Source of the DNA: Gemmatimonadales bacterium
GTDB lineage: Bacteria; Gemmatimonadota; Gemmatimonadetes; Gemmatimonadales; GWC2-71-9
Direction of reading: 5' to 3'
Assembly (NCBI GenBank): GCA_036566495.1
Contig: DATCWE010000049.1
Span: 1 to 63,912 of the forward strand
DNA: 63,912 nucleotides
Shown here: piece by piece, positions 61,811-63,912 of the stretch
How positions within the stretch are numbered: the stretch's first letter is position 1
Layout: each line of letters starts with the position of its first letter
The notes under the pieces: generated by a model
Database searches by the model: none
Told to the model about the DNA's origin: nothing
Seen by the model: only the letters and a program-made list of their open reading frames with translations
Made by a program: the position numbers and the translations under genes

Positions 61811-62152
61811 ATGCAAGAGACCGCCGGGGGGCATAATCTCCTGTGCTCGGCGTGCTACACGCCATGTCCGGCGGCGGAGGCCCATGTCGTTCCGCGCTGG
61901 AACCCCGAGCTGCGCAAGGTCATCACTGCCTACCGGTGCGGCAGCTGCTGGCTTCCGTCGCTCGCCGAGTTGCGGGCTGTGCTGCGCGCCGGCGACGGCG
62001 AGGTCCAACAGAGCTTTTGCGATTTTCTGGGGCGCCGTGGTTACGAGAGGGATGCGGAGACCCTCCGGAGCTGGCCCGCTGGGGAGCGGCTGACCGGGCT
62101 GCTCAGGATCGTCGACGCGGTGGAGGACAGCACCCTGGTCTTCGATCCCTAG
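61811..62152 (+). CDS. hypothetical Cys-rich (CxxC...CxxC) small protein
   Basis: ATG at 61811. LLCSACY...YRCGSCW suggests a zinc ribbon. No family recognised. Confidence 0.4.
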   Translation: MQETAGGHNLLCSACYTPCPAAEAHVVPRWNPELRKVITAYRCGSCWLPSLAELRAVLRAGDGEVQQSFCDFLGRRGYERDAETLRSWPAGERLTGLLRIVDAVEDSTLVFDP

Positions 62153-62212
62153 GTCCGACCCTGCAGCCCCGACATGCTCTGGTTGGAGTCGAGCGATGAA
62201 CCGGTTACCCTG

Positions 62213-62500
62213 ATGTCACGCGCCTTTGTGCGGGAAGAGTCGGACGAACAGCGTCCTCGACGATCCTATCCGCTTCCCGAGCGTACCGATCCAGGGTACG
62301 ATCGGGCTGCCGCGAGCGCGTTGCTCGAAGGGGCGAGAGTCGGCGACATTGCCGCCGCCGAGGCAGCCACCGGCTATGTATGGGGCGAGGCGCTGCTCCG
62401 CAGTTACGTCGAACAGGCTTTGCAGGACGCCCGGGAGAAGGGCGACGAACGACTGGAGCAGGTTGCCGCCAGATATCTGACCAAGATGTCGAGGAGATGA
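62213..62500 (+). CDS. hypothetical small acidic protein (MSRAFVREE N-terminus)
   Basis: Start chosen at the internal ATG 62213; the ORF opens at 62174. Predicted to be helical. Confidence 0.4.
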   Translation: MSRAFVREESDEQRPRRSYPLPERTDPGYDRAAASALLEGARVGDIAAAEAATGYVWGEALLRSYVEQALQDAREKGDERLEQVAARYLTKMSRR

Positions 62501-62504
62501 GTAT

Positions 62505-62876
62505 ATGAGATTCTTGCTGTTGTCCGTGCTTGCCGGACTGCTCGCATTCACCCCGCCCACCGCGGCCCAATCGATCGCCGGCGAGTGGGAAGCCACATTG
62601 CATACCCCGGGTGGTATCCGGACGGTCAAGATGATATTTGAAGTGCATGGTGACACCGTAACCGGTACGGTCAAACGTCCGACCGGCGATGTCAGCCTGA
62701 CGGGAACGGTCAAGGCCAACGCCGTGAAGTTCAGTTACACGATAGACTACAACGGGAATCCACTGGTGCTGACGGTTACCGCGACCGTCACCGGCGATTC
62801 CATGCAAGGAATGGTGGATTTCGGTGGAGTGGCGGAAGACGAGTTTTCGGCGAAACGGAGTGGGTCGGGCGGTTGA
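62505..62876 (+). CDS. hypothetical secreted small beta-rich protein
   Basis: Signal peptide MRFLLLSVLAGLLAFTPPTAAQS, followed by alternating beta-like segments. Confidence 0.5.
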   Translation: MRFLLLSVLAGLLAFTPPTAAQSIAGEWEATLHTPGGIRTVKMIFEVHGDTVTGTVKRPTGDVSLTGTVKANAVKFSYTIDYNGNPLVLTVTATVTGDSMQGMVDFGGVAEDEFSAKRSGSGG

Positions 62877-62885
62877 AGTCGGCCC

Positions 62886-63695
62886 ATGACGCTGCTCCCC
62901 CCGCGATTGATCGGGCTGCCATACGATGAGAGCTCTTCCTACCTCCGCGGTTCCGCCGAGGCTCCCCCCTTGATTCGCGAGGCCCTGCGCTCCGCGGCGG
63001 GGAATAGCTGGACCGAGAACCTTCATGACCTGAACGATCTCACGGGACTCACGGATGCGGGAGATCTCTCGCTTCCGGGGCAGGCCGTGGTGCGCGCCGA
63101 GATCGAGGCAGCCATTGTGGACTTGCTGGGTCGTGCGCGTCCGCTCGCTCTGGGTGGCGACCACTCGGTGAGCTACCCAATTCTCAGGGCAATCAACCGG
63201 GTCTACCCCAGGCCCACCGTCCTGCATCTCGATGCCCATCCCGACCTCTACGACGAATTCGAGGGCGATCGCTTCTCGCATGCGTGCCCCTTTGCGCGCA
63301 TCATGGAGGAGGGGCTCGCCGGCCGGCTGCTGCAAGTCGGCATTCGAACCATGAACGCCCATCAACGCGACCAGGCCGGCCACTTCGGCGTGGAGGTCAT
63401 CGACATGCGTGCCTGGTCTGCAGGGACGCGGCCGCGCGCCGACGGGTACGTGTATATCTCGATTGATATGGACGCATTGGATCCCGCTTTTGCCCCCGGG
63501 GTATCGCATTGGGAGCCCGGCGGTCTCACCGTTCGGGAGGCGCTCGGCCTGGTGCAGGGATGCGGGGGCCAGGTCGTGGGTGCCGACTTGGTTGAATTCA
63601 ACCCGCGACGGGACCGCTCCGGTTTGACTGCGGCGGTGGCAGCCAAGCTGGTCAAGGAGCTCGCCAGCCGAATGCTGAGCGCGCCGCCCCAATGA
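62886..63695 (+). CDS. agmatinase / ureohydrolase (arginase family)
   Basis: Mn-binding motifs GGDHSVSYP, LDAHPDL and SIDMDALDPAFAPG, plus DLVEFNP. Confidence 0.85.
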   Translation: MTLLPPRLIGLPYDESSSYLRGSAEAPPLIREALRSAAGNSWTENLHDLNDLTGLTDAGDLSLPGQAVVRAEIEAAIVDLLGRARPLALGGDHSVSYPILRAINRVYPRPTVLHLDAHPDLYDEFEGDRFSHACPFARIMEEGLAGRLLQVGIRTMNAHQRDQAGHFGVEVIDMRAWSAGTRPRADGYVYISIDMDALDPAFAPGVSHWEPGGLTVREALGLVQGCGGQVVGADLVEFNPRRDRSGLTAAVAAKLVKELASRMLSAPPQ

Positions 63696-63912
63696 TGATT
63701 GCAATCACCCGACCGGTCAGCGCAACGCTCGCCCAATGCGAACTCACCCATCTTTCCCGGGACCCGATCGACGTCGCCCGGGCCGCGGTGCAGCATGCCG
63801 CGTATGAGCAACTGCTCCGTTCGCTCGGCGCCACGCTGGTTCGCGTCGCGGAGGCCCCGGAGCTGCCGGATGCCGTCTTCGTCGAAGACACGGCCGTCGT
63901 ACTCCCGGAGGT
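63692..63912 (+). CDS. dimethylarginine dimethylaminohydrolase / amidinotransferase family protein (3' end outside window)
   Basis: Not in the ORF track because it is open-ended. ATGA overlap with the agmatinase stop. My translation is MMIAITRPVSATLAQCELTHLSRDPIDVARAAVQHAAYEQLLRSLGATLVRVAEAPELPDAVFVEDTAVV, which is DDAH-like. Confidence 0.7.
   Translation, partial: MMIAITRPVSATLAQCELTHLSRDPIDVARAAVQHAAYEQLLRSLGATLVRVAEAPELPDAVFVEDTAVVLPE

Noticed and set aside
62205-63704. 499-aa minus-strand ORF covering the small hypothetical genes and the agmatinase gene.
   Set aside because: It is antisense to an agmatinase with intact Mn-binding motifs. The composition is typical of a shadow ORF.

Overview
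Visibly GC-rich, densely packed bacterial chromosome segment that spans the replication-origin neighbourhood. The rpmH-rnpA-yidD-yidC-mnmE cluster (minus strand) is divergent from dnaA-dnaN (plus strand), and mnmG, two parS sites and parA-parB lie about 40 kb further along. I can support about 65 protein genes.

Main gene groups:
- Replication and repair: mutS (5' truncated by the window), ddl, polA, rnd and def.
- A complete suf Fe-S operon, sufBCDSU plus a bacilliredoxin.
- An ECF sigma / anti-sigma / 2x HEAT-repeat operon.
- A peroxiredoxin / SBP56-like lipoprotein / Omp85-like operon.
- A BMP-type nucleoside ABC importer next to a 5'-nucleotidase and an EEP nuclease/phosphatase.
- An agmatinase-DDAH pair; the DDAH gene is 3' truncated by the window.

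One RNA gene is clear: bacterial type-A RNase P RNA, on the minus strand at about 13618-14038. I saw no tRNA or rRNA genes, no CRISPR array, no transposase, integrase or phage genes, and no recognisable defence system. This looks like core chromosome rather than an accessory island. The gene content (GWxTD lipoprotein, ECF/HEAT operon, bacilliredoxin, PlpD-like patatin, bactofilin) suggests an FCB-superphylum or Gemmatimonadota-like organism, but that is inference only.

Observations most worth a second look:
1. An 18-bp palindrome, TAGTTGT-N4-ACAACTA, is present in four copies at gene boundaries. Two copies are written into coding sequence with runs of rare A/T-ending codons.
2. The tightly coupled prx / SBP56-like / 820-aa outer-membrane protein operon.
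3. The ECF / anti-sigma / tandem HEAT-repeat module.
4. Two tandem parS sites followed by parAB, an M23 peptidase and a bactofilin, with rsmG absent.
5. mnmE has no canonical start codon. It reads in frame directly after the yidC TAG stop, with AGGAGG placed 8 nt before a CTG.
6. Heptamer repeats abut the polA start codon.

Translational-coupling overlaps (ATGA, GTGA, TTGA) are pervasive. All functional calls come from reading the translations by eye; no searches were run.
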